The notes under the pieces: generated by a model
What the model saw: only the letters and a program-made list of their open reading frames with translations
Database searches by the model: none
What the model was told of the DNA's origin: nothing
Shown: positions 28,249-38,505 of the stretch, one piece after another
Layout: each line of letters opens with the position of its first letter
Numbering within the stretch: the stretch's first letter is position 1
DNA from: Candidatus Poseidoniaceae archaeon
Lineage (GTDB): Archaea > Thermoplasmatota > Poseidoniia > Poseidoniales > Poseidoniaceae
Assembly: GCA_049438185.1 (NCBI GenBank)
Contig: JBMTJI010000006.1
Coordinates: 10,859 to 74,858 of the forward strand
DNA: 64,000 nt
Direction of reading: 5' to 3'
Program-made: the position numbers and the translations under genes

Positions 28249-29283
28249 TTGCATTCGCTCAGTCCATGCCGAATGTTGAACATCATCCAGTGAGCAACCA
28301 AGAACGACAGCAACCAACATCGAATCGTCAATTTGACCTGGTTCATTCAACAACCAATCGAATTCATCCAATCGGTCGAGTCGATGCCCCATCATGACCA
28401 TTGCTCGAAGATCTGGACGATCGTGTCCTGAGAGTTCTCGATTCAAGTGTTGCATACACCAATCGAAGACACCTGAGACATCAGCGGGATGAACCCGTAG
28501 TTCAGGTGCCTGTTCACCCGCATCACGTGGTTTTGATTCATCGACCTGTTTTTGGAATCGGACAGCCTCTTCGTCTTGTCCATCGATGGACAAATCGAGG
28601 AACAGGCTTCCTGCCTCAATGGCCATGGTCACTTGACTTGCAAGTATGGCATGGGCATGCCCATTCCAAGCGTTACGGGCAGCATCGAACATCTTACCGT
28701 ATCGAGCATGGATACGTGAAGCGCCAATGCGGGAAATTGCAATTGTTTCATGTGCATGATTTTCCTTTCTGGAGATATCACCATAGACTTGTAGAGCCAT
28801 CAAATCTTCACCTGATGCCATGTGATACGCTGCTTTGTTGAGCAAGGAGAGGTCATGGTCGCGACTTGCTTTTGCAACAGATTTCAATCGAGTTTCAGCC
28901 CAAGTGAGATCCTCTTCAGCTCCTGCTGAATCACCTTTTTCGAAACGTTGCAAGCCACGTTCCATGCGCAAACGCCCTTCAAGAGCCAGATCACGAGTTT
29001 CAGGTTGTCGACAAATCTCCAAGGCTTGATCAATGGCATCTTCAAGTCGCTGATCACCGAGCATTCTTCGTCGAACCAAATCAAAGGTTGCACGTTGTGC
29101 AGGTGTTAACTCTGGCAAGAGGAGTTCGACCAATTCTGCAGCATCGAGGTAGAGAGCCGCTTCAATGATGGCCATCCAATCCTTCCAACCACTTTCCTCA
29201 CGCCAAGTTTCAGCAACATCGAGCGATACAGGTCCTTGTTCTCTCCATTTGGAAATGTACATTCCTGGGGCTGTTGGTCTCAT
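28234..29283 (-). CDS. Hypothetical helical-repeat protein
   Basis: 349-aa ORF translationally coupled to the DHH gene; TPR-like helices. Confidence 0.6.
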   Translation of the reverse strand: MRPTAPGMYISKWREQGPVSLDVAETWREESGWKDWMAIIEAALYLDAAELVELLLPELTPAQRATFDLVRRRMLGDQRLEDAIDQALEICRQPETRDLALEGRLRMERGLQRFEKGDSAGAEEDLTWAETRLKSVAKASRDHDLSLLNKAAYHMASGEDLMALQVYGDISRKENHAHETIAISRIGASRIHARYGKMFDAARNAWNGHAHAILASQVTMAIEAGSLFLDLSIDGQDEEAVRFQKQVDESKPRDAGEQAPELRVHPADVSGVFDWCMQHLNRELSGHDRPDLRAMVMMGHRLDRLDEFDWLLNEPGQIDDSMLVAVVLGCSLDDVQHSAWTERMQSLMP

Positions 29284-30272
29284 TGTTTCACCTCTCTTTG
29301 GAGTGTAAGTTGAGCAATGAAAGCAGATTCGGCACGGATGCGATCCACCTGACCCGTCCAGCCTGCTGCCCCATCATGCCCTCCTCCATCGCCTCCATGT
29401 TGTTCAGCAATGGTTTGCATGATGGCGCCAAGATGAACTCCACGCAACGTCGCTTTGCGTGTCGCCCTTGCAGTGAGGCGTGTCTCACCTTCGCGATGCC
29501 GTGAAACAAGGGATACATCGAAACCTGTGCCGAGTAACATCGATGCGAGTCGCCCTTCAAGCGTACCTGCATAGGTCGTTACGAGACTCCAGGCTCCAAC
29601 ATCGTGAGATTTCGCTCTTCCGAGTCCACGCAATAAACTTCCTCGTTCGGATGGTGAGGTCTCCTCCCGTTCAATGTACTCACAAAATTTGGCATAGTCA
29701 ATCTTGGTTCCATGAAGGAGTTTTGTCGTCACTTCAAACGATGTTGTGTTGGCATGTTTGAAACGAGCCGTGTCCGTAATCATCCCAGCGAGTAACATTT
29801 TGCGAACTGGGGGACTAAGCGCCTCTATGGCGTGTTCGAACATGTAGGTTGCAACCATTTCGGTTGTTGCACGAACATCCCATTGCAACATATGATCGCC
29901 GTCACGTAGCGTCCAGCCGTTTGTAGCATGATGATCGAGAATCAAACGAGGTACATCAGGTAAGTCAATACCAACTTGGTCTGGGGCAGCAGCATCGACA
30001 ATGATGATACCTCCAAGTTTTTCTGGAAAAGCCGTCCCTTGTGGAGTCACTTTGCGAAATGGTGCTTGCAGGTCTTCGACAAGACGCTTTGCAATTCGTC
30101 CTAGGTGCAAGCCACAAGCGAGGAGCGAAGGATGAATCGAGGCAAGGGCGATTGCAGATCCAATTGTATCCATATCGCCATTTTGACCGGCTACTACAGG
30201 GACTGCACCCCGTTCAATGGCTGAATCGATCCATTGCTTCATTGCAGCAATGTCTTCTTGATGAGAATTCAA
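29280..30272 (-). CDS. DHH/DHHA1 phosphoesterase
   Basis: DMD, IVD, DHH, DT and GGGH..AAG motifs. Confidence 0.85.
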   Translation of the reverse strand: MNSHQEDIAAMKQWIDSAIERGAVPVVAGQNGDMDTIGSAIALASIHPSLLACGLHLGRIAKRLVEDLQAPFRKVTPQGTAFPEKLGGIIIVDAAAPDQVGIDLPDVPRLILDHHATNGWTLRDGDHMLQWDVRATTEMVATYMFEHAIEALSPPVRKMLLAGMITDTARFKHANTTSFEVTTKLLHGTKIDYAKFCEYIEREETSPSERGSLLRGLGRAKSHDVGAWSLVTTYAGTLEGRLASMLLGTGFDVSLVSRHREGETRLTARATRKATLRGVHLGAIMQTIAEQHGGDGGGHDGAAGWTGQVDRIRAESAFIAQLTLQREVKQ

Positions 30273-30583
30273 GCTTCTCCCTCAAGTGATTTCTTGAGTT
30301 CTTCATAGGCTGCGACAAGTTTTGCTTCATGCTCAGAGAGTCGCACAGCATGTTCTGACAGCGTTGAATGTGTGGTTTTCAGATCTTCAATCAACTCATC
30401 TTTGTTGTCAACCTCAACCAAGACGCCACCAAGTTGTCGATGAAGCGCCATTCCTTCAGGATGTTTTTCAACAGCAGTAATGGTTGTTTCCAGTTCTTGC
30501 AATTGTGCACGAACGGTTGCAACCTGATGACGTGCATTCTGGACTTCGGAGACGACGACTTGGAGTTGTTCGACGGTGCTCAT
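30269..30583 (-). CDS. pfdB: Prefoldin beta subunit
   Basis: Coiled coil, hairpin (HRQLGGVLVE), coiled coil; expected superoperon position. Confidence 0.85.
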   Translation of the reverse strand: MSTVEQLQVVVSEVQNARHQVATVRAQLQELETTITAVEKHPEGMALHRQLGGVLVEVDNKDELIEDLKTTHSTLSEHAVRLSEHEAKLVAAYEELKKSLEGEA

Positions 30584-30846
30584 GCTTCCATCGAATCGTC
30601 TTTGGTTGAAGAACCTGCGGATTGAATCGCCTGTAGAATTTCGTCAGCAGCAATCAATCCGCGAATGCGTGTATTCCACATAGCACGCAAATCTTTGGCA
30701 TTTGCTTCATCCAAACGGAACGAAAAGGTATGGTCATCGGTTGCTTGACTCTCTGTTTCAGAAACAAGGGAATCACGCATGGCACGAATGTCTGAAGCAT
30801 CTGCTCGTGTAATCGTACAAAGAAGTGAAAACGGCGTTTCCGCCAT
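30580..30846 (-). CDS. pcc1: KEOPS complex subunit Pcc1-like
   Basis: DLRAMWN..RGL motif; lies between eL43 and pfdB. Confidence 0.6.
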   Translation of the reverse strand: MAETPFSLLCTITRADASDIRAMRDSLVSETESQATDDHTFSFRLDEANAKDLRAMWNTRIRGLIAADEILQAIQSAGSSTKDDSMEA

Positions 30847-30851
30847 TACAC

Positions 30852-31208
30852 TCACTCCTCTTCAGAGGTGTCTTCAGCAGCCTTGCGCTCAAAGTCGAGA
30901 GCGGCTTGCTGTGCAATGAATGCCATATCAGCGGTTGTTGCACCCTCAACGGATCGACGAAGAATACGAGAGTTTGCATCGCTTGCACGAGTGAATGGCT
31001 CCCAAGCACCACCAGCGAATGTGTGGCCACACTTGCCGCAAGACCAGATGCCGACGGATTGTCGGGCAACCTTACGGTAGTGGCAGACTGGACACGTGTA
31101 CTTCGCATTCTTCTTTGCCAATGCGCTGCCAGCGTTACGTCGAACGCTTACACCATATCGTGCACCAAATCGTGCTGTTGCCTTTGCTTTCTGGGTTCGC
31201 TTTGCCAA
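30852..31208 (-). CDS. rpl37ae: 50S ribosomal protein eL43 (L37ae)
   Basis: RFGARYG..R, CPVC, GIW.C.KCG and GGAW; TTG start. Confidence 0.95.
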   Translation of the reverse strand: MAKRTQKAKATARFGARYGVSVRRNAGSALAKKNAKYTCPVCHYRKVARQSVGIWSCGKCGHTFAGGAWEPFTRASDANSRILRRSVEGATTADMAFIAQQAALDFERKAAEDTSEEE

Positions 31209-31994
31209 TCAGTTCCCCTCCTTTTCTGCTACCATTTCTCTAAGTTCACTGCACTTTTGTTCGGCGACCGCAAGAATCTCGGCAAATTCGTCCGGAGTGA
31301 AGACTCCTTTTAGCCCCTTCTGTAACGAGTGAAGGTGACCTTCATCACCAAGTGTGATGTGAATACGCTCGTCTCCACCGAGTTCTTCTTCTTCACTTGG
31401 GTCGTAAACGAAGCGTCCACCGGCTCGCTTGAAGGATGCCATGATTGGTGTTCCATTGACCTTCAACGTGTGATCTTCGCCAACATCGAAACGCTCTGCT
31501 GGAACAACGGCTGTTCGTAGTGCTGCAATGGCTGCGAGTCCTGCAGCATCGAAGATGTTGCCTCCATCGGAAAGAACGTGGATATCTATCATGACGCCCC
31601 AGACTTTCTCGCCAGGAACAATGCACAATTCGTCCATATCGATGCAACCAGATTCACGGATTCCTCGGTCAACAACACGGCCGAGTTCGATGGATTCCGG
31701 AGATGGTGGGCCAGGCTCATACTTTCGATGAGCGACAGGTCGAAGTTCTGCACCACACATGAGTGAACCTTGTGTTGGTCGGTCAGGCCATGGGGTTCGA
31801 ATTTCGAACTTAACGCCTGCATAGATGATGGTGTCACCCCAAACGACCTTCGCAGATCCTTCGGCGTTGTAGAGGCAGTCGACCTCAAGATGGACTTCTC
31901 GTCCATCAAATTGCCCACGACCGTCGAGTCTCTGGCCGTCAGCAGCAAGGCGTTCAAGTTCTTGTCGCAAGAGGGAAGGAACCAACTCAACCAT
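31209..31994 (-). CDS. rrp42: Exosome subunit Rrp42
   Basis: RLDGR, AEGSA, ELGRVVDRGIRES and DGGNIFDA motifs. Confidence 0.95.
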   Translation of the reverse strand: MVELVPSLLRQELERLAADGQRLDGRGQFDGREVHLEVDCLYNAEGSAKVVWGDTIIYAGVKFEIRTPWPDRPTQGSLMCGAELRPVAHRKYEPGPPSPESIELGRVVDRGIRESGCIDMDELCIVPGEKVWGVMIDIHVLSDGGNIFDAAGLAAIAALRTAVVPAERFDVGEDHTLKVNGTPIMASFKRAGGRFVYDPSEEEELGGDERIHITLGDEGHLHSLQKGLKGVFTPDEFAEILAVAEQKCSELREMVAEKEGN

Positions 31995-32722
31995 CAGGCT
32001 TCACCTCCTTCATATCGACGCTTGAGGGCGTCGACCATAATTTCGTGAATTTCTTTGGCAGCCTTGTGATTGTACTCCATTGCAAGATTGTATTCTTCGA
32101 TCGAAAGGTCACCATCCATCTGAAGGAAGGCGATTTCGCCCGTGTTCGGGAGAATACCGACAGGAAGGTCTGCTTGACCGTAATTGTCCTCTGCCTTATC
32201 GAGGTCAAGGACGACAGTGTCCTCAATCTTACCAGAAGCAACACCAACGATCATGTCGCGCATTGGAATTCCAGCGTCTGCGAGTGCAACAGATGCAGCA
32301 GTGATACCCGCACATCGTGTTCCAGCTTCAGCAGCAAGAATCTCGATTTCAACTCGAATCTTTGAGCGGGGATAACGCTCGACGAGAACAACCGATTCAA
32401 GCGATTCGGCCGTAACTTTGGAAATCTCTCGACTACGTCGATTGAATCCTGGTCGAATTCGGTCACCCGTTGAGAACGGTGCCATGTTGTAACGCACATC
32501 GATGACAGCACGATCTTGTCGCTGAATCTTTCGAGGATGTGCTTCCATTGGTCCATACACAGCTGCAACTGCAACGTTGAGTCCGTGTGTGACCATCGCA
32601 GATCCATCAGCAGCAGGAAGTACTCCTGCCTCAATTGTTACCGGTCGCATCTCGTCGATTGCTCGACCATCAAGTCTTTTTCCATCTTCGCGTAGTAGTT
32701 TTACGTCTCCATACCCACCCAT
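31994..32722 (-). CDS. rrp41: Exosome subunit Rrp41
   Basis: RLDGR, RYNMAPFS, RRSREIS, AGTRCA, DL..AED and LQMDG motifs. Confidence 0.96.
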   Translation of the reverse strand: MGGYGDVKLLREDGKRLDGRAIDEMRPVTIEAGVLPAADGSAMVTHGLNVAVAAVYGPMEAHPRKIQRQDRAVIDVRYNMAPFSTGDRIRPGFNRRSREISKVTAESLESVVLVERYPRSKIRVEIEILAAEAGTRCAGITAASVALADAGIPMRDMIVGVASGKIEDTVVLDLDKAEDNYGQADLPVGILPNTGEIAFLQMDGDLSIEEYNLAMEYNHKAAKEIHEIMVDALKRRYEGGEA

Positions 32723-33408
32723 CAGTGTTCACCTCGTTCGTTTTCAAGTGCTTCCACAGCACCTTCGAATGTTTTCTTATGCCCTTCTTCGTTGAGGGTC
32801 TGTATCAGATTGCGTGCAACACGCATGTTGTCAGCATCGCCATGAATCCATACACGACCATTGTCAGCGACAATGATTCTGCAATCAGTTGCATCACGAA
32901 TTCGACTCAATGTTCCATTGTTGTGCCCGCGGAGGGTGTCGATCAAATTCACTGGAATGGATACAACTGCTCCTTCGTTCAATCGTCGAAGTCCAACTCC
33001 TTTCATCGTCAAGACCATGTTATGGGTTTCATCGACTTCTTGAATGCGTGCAAGAGCAGCGTCTCCAATGCCAAGATGTTGGCGCGTTGAACCGAATTCC
33101 ACCTTCCAAGGTGCCAATGACATTGGAAGAAGTGCTTGGAAAGGACCGTTCACATCGAAAAACCAGAGGTTGTTTCGAACCTCGGCAACAAAGCCGATGA
33201 TGAGGTCGCCTGAACGTGGCATGTAAGCGCTGTTGATCGGTAGAACAGAAACGACATCGTTCTGTTCGTTGAGCCATCCCAATCGGGTGGCAATGAATTC
33301 ATTGTTTTCGGCAATCGTACCAGACCCTGCTCGCTTCCCGGATGATGGTCCGATGACCATTCCCGGGGTCACGAGGCGCTGCTCGGCGCCAACTTGACCT
33401 TCGGACAT
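32722..33408 (-). CDS. rrp4: Exosome RNA-binding subunit Rrp4
   Basis: LVTPG, YMP..GDLIIG (S1 domain) and NGRVWI (KH domain). Confidence 0.92.
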   Translation of the reverse strand: MSEGQVGAEQRLVTPGMVIGPSSGKRAGSGTIAENNEFIATRLGWLNEQNDVVSVLPINSAYMPRSGDLIIGFVAEVRNNLWFFDVNGPFQALLPMSLAPWKVEFGSTRQHLGIGDAALARIQEVDETHNMVLTMKGVGLRRLNEGAVVSIPVNLIDTLRGHNNGTLSRIRDATDCRIIVADNGRVWIHGDADNMRVARNLIQTLNEEGHKKTFEGAVEALENERGEH

Positions 33409-33462
33409 ACTTTTCTCTCCGAACCGCCCACTCGACATCCCATGATAAAGGACACCCTTTTG

Positions 33463-34155
33463 TCATGAGGATAATTCTTTGACTTCAGCGTCGTTTGCAC
33501 GCTTCAAAACTTGACCGATTACATCACCCTTCATACCTGCTGGAATCTCAATCACGCAAGCCCAGTCTCCGTTTTCAAGCCAGCCTTCTTTTTGCTGATG
33601 CGTGCGCAGCAATTGACTCACGCTTCCATAGGCGCTTCCTGGAATACGGAAAGCGAGCCGCACGGACTCAAAACTGAGTGGAATGAGTGGTTTGAGTTTA
33701 GCAATAGCATCTTTGACCTGATCTTCAAGCCGCTTGAACGGATCCACGGAATACTTTGACTCTTCCAAAGCCAGTTCAATACGCGTCCGTGGATGTGGAG
33801 ACTTGCTTTTGGGATCGATGGCTTGACTGTGGATGTGATGGATGATTTGTTGACGCATGTGTTCAACACGTGCTTTCCGTTGAGCTGTTGTTAACTGGAT
33901 TGAACCTTTTTCGAGAATGATGTTGAGAATAGTCTCAACCTCGAGGGTTTGAAACGTATTCATTAAAGCTTCTTCAGTTGGGCGTTCGCCAGCACGTGCA
34001 TCGTGAAAAATTTCGTCCATGGCCATAAAATCGTCCAAGTCGATGACCGATGAATCGCTCTTCCATTGATCGACAAGGTCAGGGTCAACGAGAACTTCGT
34101 AACGCTTTCCACCCTTTTCGAGTCGTGCGAGAACAGCATCATCGAGACTGACCAT
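33463..34155 (-). CDS. Ribosome maturation factor SBDS/Sdo1
   Basis: ARL..GGKRYEVLVDP, GSIQLT and PHPRTRIE motifs. Confidence 0.95.
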   Translation of the reverse strand: MVSLDDAVLARLEKGGKRYEVLVDPDLVDQWKSDSSVIDLDDFMAMDEIFHDARAGERPTEEALMNTFQTLEVETILNIILEKGSIQLTTAQRKARVEHMRQQIIHHIHSQAIDPKSKSPHPRTRIELALEESKYSVDPFKRLEDQVKDAIAKLKPLIPLSFESVRLAFRIPGSAYGSVSQLLRTHQQKEGWLENGDWACVIEIPAGMKGDVIGQVLKRANDAEVKELSS

Positions 34156-34192
34156 ATGGTCACCTCACGCCTGTGAACGGTTTTCTTGCTGC

Positions 34193-34915
34193 TCAGTCCT
34201 CAAGAGGCTTGAGTCGGTCAAGTTGTTTGTTCACTTCTCCTCGGTCGAGAATACGATATCCGTCGCCGTCAACGACGACAACTTCGACCGCATCACGGTT
34301 CAATTCAGTATCATTGGCTGAGCGAAGGGCTTCAAGTCCCATCTTCATTGCGGCATTGAGTGTCATTCCACTCTTCCAATTCTTTTCGAAGTACTCGATG
34401 ACGGTGTTTCTGTTGCTTCCAATTGCGCCAGCATGGTAGGATTGGTAGGCGCCTGAAGGGTCGGTCTCGTAGAGATGAATTCCTTCGTCATCGACTCCAC
34501 CGATGAGTAGGGCTGTACCGAATGGACGTGATCCACCGTATTGCGTAAAGGATTGCTTGAAGTCACAGATTTTCTTTACCAACACGTCTACTGGTACTGT
34601 ATCAGCATAGGTGATTCTGTTGATTTGAGACTCGACTCGGGCACGAGCAACAAGTTGTCGTGCATCGGCCACGAGACCAGATGTAGCAACGCCAACATGC
34701 TCATCGATTTTGAACATCTTTTCGATGGATTCAGGAATAATCAATCGTGAAGCAATACGCTTGTCACAGACGAGAACAACTCCTTCTTTGAACTTCAATC
34801 CTGCTGTTGTAGTACCTCGCTTAACAGATTCACGAGCGTATTCTACCTGAAACAGGCGTCCATCTGGGCTAAATGTTGTAATTCCATGATCGTATCCTCT
34901 TCCACTCGGTTGCAT
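34193..34915 (-). CDS. psmA: Proteasome alpha subunit
   Basis: GYD.GITTFSPDGRLFQVEYA signature. Confidence 0.98.
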   Translation of the reverse strand: MQPSGRGYDHGITTFSPDGRLFQVEYARESVKRGTTTAGLKFKEGVVLVCDKRIASRLIIPESIEKMFKIDEHVGVATSGLVADARQLVARARVESQINRITYADTVPVDVLVKKICDFKQSFTQYGGSRPFGTALLIGGVDDEGIHLYETDPSGAYQSYHAGAIGSNRNTVIEYFEKNWKSGMTLNAAMKMGLEALRSANDTELNRDAVEVVVVDGDGYRILDRGEVNKQLDRLKPLED

Positions 34916-35054
34916 TTTCTCACCAATTCCTTCTCGTCCTCGACGCTTTATGAGGGTGATGCTTCACCACCCTATGCTATCCACTTGAACGACCCATTTG
35001 AACACTTGGCTTGTTTTCCCTTAATCTCATGAAGTTGAAGTTCATGGGTGGATT

Positions 35055-35711
35055 ATGCGAATCGCCGTTCTCAGCTCGGGAGGCAAGGACTCCTCAGCAG
35101 CATGGTGGTGGGCGATGTGTCGTGGGTGGGACATTACTGCTATCGTCACTGTGGACATACAAGACGGTGATTCACACATGTTCCAAGTACCATCGACGAA
35201 TTGGGTTGAGAGTCAAGCACTTCTAGCAAATGTGCCGTGGGTCAACGTTCCAGCCTCAGGAACGGTCGAAGATGAAATTGAGGCACTTGAACAGGCTTTA
35301 TCGAAACTCGAAATCGATGGAATTGTAAGTGGTGCCCTGCGATCGGACTTTCAAAAGCAGCGTCTTGAATGCATGTCCCAACGATTGAACATCCACTCGT
35401 TCTCACCTCTATGGCATCAAACACCCATCGAGCACCTGAAAGGCATGGTTGAAGCGGGATTTCAGATCATGCTCACTTCCGTATCCTGTGAAGGATTAGA
35501 CCACACTTGGCTGGGGCATGTCTTGACAGAATCATCCCTGACGAAACTCCATGCATTGTCGAAACAACATCGGTTCAATGTTGACGGAGAGGGTGGAGAA
35601 TACGAAACCTTTGTCCTCGGCGGTCCTATCTGGTCAAGAGCCTTGCGAGTGGAGGGTGCGGAGCAGCATACAGCGAGTCGTGGTATCTTTGCGATTCATT
35701 CCGTTGAATGA
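35055..35711 (+). CDS. Diphthine-ammonia ligase (Dph6-like PP-loop ATPase)
   Basis: SGGKDS, SPLW and GEGGEYET motifs. Confidence 0.88.
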   Translation: MRIAVLSSGGKDSSAAWWWAMCRGWDITAIVTVDIQDGDSHMFQVPSTNWVESQALLANVPWVNVPASGTVEDEIEALEQALSKLEIDGIVSGALRSDFQKQRLECMSQRLNIHSFSPLWHQTPIEHLKGMVEAGFQIMLTSVSCEGLDHTWLGHVLTESSLTKLHALSKQHRFNVDGEGGEYETFVLGGPIWSRALRVEGAEQHTASRGIFAIHSVE

Positions 35712-37054
35712 ATGGCTGCACGAGCGAGGGCAACCGCTTCATCAACGATTTCTCCTGATACACCAATGTGATTGCTTGGTTCAAACATCGCCTCCAATTC
35801 TTCCGCACTAAACGCTGCGGAAATTGCAGGTGTTCGGCTACAGACATCGATAAGTTCCTCTTTGTTTGCAACAGCAGTGAAGGATGCCTCACGAAGAATT
35901 TCGTGCGCTTCATCGCGGGGAATTCCACGTTCAACAAGATCGATCATGACCTTTTCAGCCATGACCAAACCACGTTGTGCTCGAATGTTTTCCATACATC
36001 GTTCAGCATCAACCCACATATTTGTCAACACTTGTCGTGTTTTGGCGATGACATCTTCACAAAGTGCACTTCCGTGGGACAATGTAAACCGTTCACTGCT
36101 CGAGTTCGCAAGATCTCGTTCATGCCAAAGGAGTGCATTTTCGTAGGTTGGAATGATGAATGAACGAACGATTCTGGCCAATCCAGAAGCGTTCTCTGAT
36201 TTGATTGGATTCTTCTTGTGCGCCATTGTTGAGGAACCAACTTGCTTTTTGACGTCAAACCCTTCGCCTGCTTCTGAAAGTTCAGAACGTTGCAGATTTC
36301 GAATTTCCTGGAGAACCTTCTCACACGTTGTTGCTACATTAGCAAGCCAAGACACGTACTCGACATAGCGGTCACGTCCAACAACTTGGGTCGTTGCGAG
36401 TGGGACGCCAAGCCCCAAGTGCGTAAGGATGAGTCGTTGAAGTTCACGAGCATGTTCACCTTGAGCAGCACCTGTACCAACAGCGCCGAGGAATTTGCCT
36501 ACTGCAATACGAGGTGTAGCCTCATCGAGGCGGATGAGTTGCCTTCTCATTTCATCAAGCCATACGGCTGCTTTGAGTCCAAAGGTAATCGGAACAGCTG
36601 CCTGTCCATGGGTTCGTCCAAGCATGACAGTGTCACGCTCTCGTTCTGCAACATCGGCACAAACGCCGATCAAAAGACAGAGTTGTTCACGCAGAAGAAC
36701 GATGCTGTCACGCAATTGAAGGGCGACAGCAGTATCGACGATGTCGTTGGATGTGGCACCAAGGTGGATGCACCATCCGGCTTCTCCAGCGGCCTCAGCC
36801 ATGGCTTTGGTTAGTGCCATAATGTCGTGACGAGTCTCTGCTTCGATTTCTGAAACACGCTCTTTTCGTACAGATTCAGGGTTTGCAATAGCGGCTACTG
36901 CATTGTAGTCCTCTTCGGAGACGCGTCCAAGCTGCCAATGCGCCCAAATGAGAGCACGTTCAACTTCGAGTTGTCGTTCATGCCGGCCAGATTCAGACCA
37001 GATGTGTTTGAAATCTTGGCAACCATATCGGTAATCGAGTGGACAAAAGGCCAT
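35696..37054 (-). CDS. purB: Adenylosuccinate lyase
   Basis: PLDYRY, HLGATSND, GRTHGQ and GSSTMAHKKNP; start ATG 37054 chosen from the upstream box spacing. Confidence 0.95.
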   Translation of the reverse strand: MAFCPLDYRYGCQDFKHIWSESGRHERQLEVERALIWAHWQLGRVSEEDYNAVAAIANPESVRKERVSEIEAETRHDIMALTKAMAEAAGEAGWCIHLGATSNDIVDTAVALQLRDSIVLLREQLCLLIGVCADVAERERDTVMLGRTHGQAAVPITFGLKAAVWLDEMRRQLIRLDEATPRIAVGKFLGAVGTGAAQGEHARELQRLILTHLGLGVPLATTQVVGRDRYVEYVSWLANVATTCEKVLQEIRNLQRSELSEAGEGFDVKKQVGSSTMAHKKNPIKSENASGLARIVRSFIIPTYENALLWHERDLANSSSERFTLSHGSALCEDVIAKTRQVLTNMWVDAERCMENIRAQRGLVMAEKVMIDLVERGIPRDEAHEILREASFTAVANKEELIDVCSRTPAISAAFSAEELEAMFEPSNHIGVSGEIVDEAVALARAAIHSTE

Positions 37055-37076
37055 ATTTCGTGGTCGAGAAGAGGCT

Positions 37077-37541
37077 TCATGAACCTTGCTCAGTGGCATT
37101 TGGGTTCATTTCTTCGCGTGTTGCTTCATCGGTTGTCATGGCATAACGAACCAAAATCATTGCAAAGGCAGTCGATGTAAGGAAGGCAACGCCGACGAAA
37201 ATCGAAAGGTTGTACCACAACATGGCTACCCCAACCAAGGAAACATAGGCGAACATTTGGCAAATGTTCGAAGCAATCGTTAGTTTCTTTACCATGTGAT
37301 GGCTTAATCTCCCGTTGTTTTCCAACATGAAGGTGTAGATCAGAAAATAAATCGCTTGGAATGGAAGCGTTGCAGCAATGATGGTCAAGGCTACTTCGCG
37401 GATTTGTGTCGGGTTTGCCTCTTGCTCCATCCCCTGGAAAAGCATCACTGCGGTATTTGTTCCGAGCAATGCGGCCATAATTGTCCAGCGTTTGTCTTGT
37501 GATGAGGTTCTGCTCTCAACATTGACAGATCCATCACTCAT
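37077..37541 (-). CDS. Hypothetical 4-TM membrane protein
   Basis: Four hydrophobic helices; TTCAAACC box ends 21 nt before ATG 37541. Confidence 0.65.
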   Translation of the reverse strand: MSDGSVNVESRTSSQDKRWTIMAALLGTNTAVMLFQGMEQEANPTQIREVALTIIAATLPFQAIYFLIYTFMLENNGRLSHHMVKKLTIASNICQMFAYVSLVGVAMLWYNLSIFVGVAFLTSTAFAMILVRYAMTTDEATREEMNPNATEQGS

Positions 37542-37626
37542 GAGCAAGACCTTGCAAAAACGGGTTTGAATATATCGCTTCTTGCACGGATTTGAAGGTA
37601 GTTTTGATGGTTTCCTCAAAACTCCA

Positions 37627-37842
37627 TCAAAGGGATTCAAGCAGTTTGATGGCTGCACCTGTAATGGTTGCAACGATGAAGAGCAGTATCATCATACCAA
37701 TTGGTCCATACTGATTTGCATCATTGATCGAGGTGTTGAAGAAACCGTCCCGTGTTATGGCTTGACCAAAACTTTCAGCTTCTTCGTAAGGAGGGGGGTC
37801 TCTCCGAGGAATCCGTTCTCCCTTCCGTACTTCTCCCGCCAT
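37627..37842 (-). CDS. Small protein with a C-terminal TM helix (tail-anchored-like)
   Basis: Hydrophilic N-terminus and a single TM ending a few residues before the stop. Confidence 0.55.
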   Translation of the reverse strand: MAGEVRKGERIPRRDPPPYEEAESFGQAITRDGFFNTSINDANQYGPIGMMILLFIVATITGAAIKLLESL

Positions 37843-37917
37843 GTTGATACCATCCGGAGAGAGGTCAAGAGCATTTTGTATGAACGCAATCAAATCCTAA
37901 GACTCCCACGATGGAAT

Positions 37918-38505
37918 ATGGCGGAGCGATGGTCGATGGACATGAGTGGAAAACGTATTCATCTCTCGGTCGAAGGTGGATGTGGAGGAACTACGTTTGG
38001 TCTTCATTGTGCAGTCAATGAGATTCAATCAGGACGACGCGTCTTGTGGGCTTCACCCGAGATGCCAAATGCTACACGTTTCTCTCAACTCTTTTCATCA
38101 TTAAATATCGTAGAATCGAGTCGATTTCACGCCCTCAATCTCATCGGAGCTATGGATCGCTGCGTGGATGCTATCGTTGAAGCTGAACGTAGTTTGCCAA
38201 GGGTTGGTTTGGTTGTCCTCGATGACTGGTGTGCTCCAACCGGTCGAATTGAGAAAGAGAATATCGATGCCGTTCTCGATCTTGCAAAGCGAATGAAGCA
38301 AGAGACAACACTCCTGCTCATTTCGAAGTCAGGTACAGATGTTACAGGGGCTGAAGAAGCATACAGACCACGTTCAAAATCTGATTTCAAAGAAAACGGA
38401 TTTGAAATCTGGGGATTGTATTCCAATCCGAAGAAGACAATTCAGCTTGACATTTCAGGACTTATCATCGAAGGAAAAATCGAGGAATCAGGCTTCGTCT
38501 TCTGA
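37918..38505 (+). CDS. RecA/RadB-like P-loop protein with degenerate Walker A
   Basis: EGGCGGTTF (no Lys), GRRVLW and Walker B LVVLDD. Confidence 0.6.
   Translation: MAERWSMDMSGKRIHLSVEGGCGGTTFGLHCAVNEIQSGRRVLWASPEMPNATRFSQLFSSLNIVESSRFHALNLIGAMDRCVDAIVEAERSLPRVGLVVLDDWCAPTGRIEKENIDAVLDLAKRMKQETTLLLISKSGTDVTGAEEAYRPRSKSDFKENGFEIWGLYSNPKKTIQLDISGLIIEGKIEESGFVF

Noticed and set aside
37582..37917. N-terminal extension of the ORF called 37582..38505
   Set aside because: It overlaps a plausible minus-strand gene and P-loop similarity starts after 37918. Similar over-extended starts were trimmed for OPT, trmY, cobB, thiolase, ipk and rps7.
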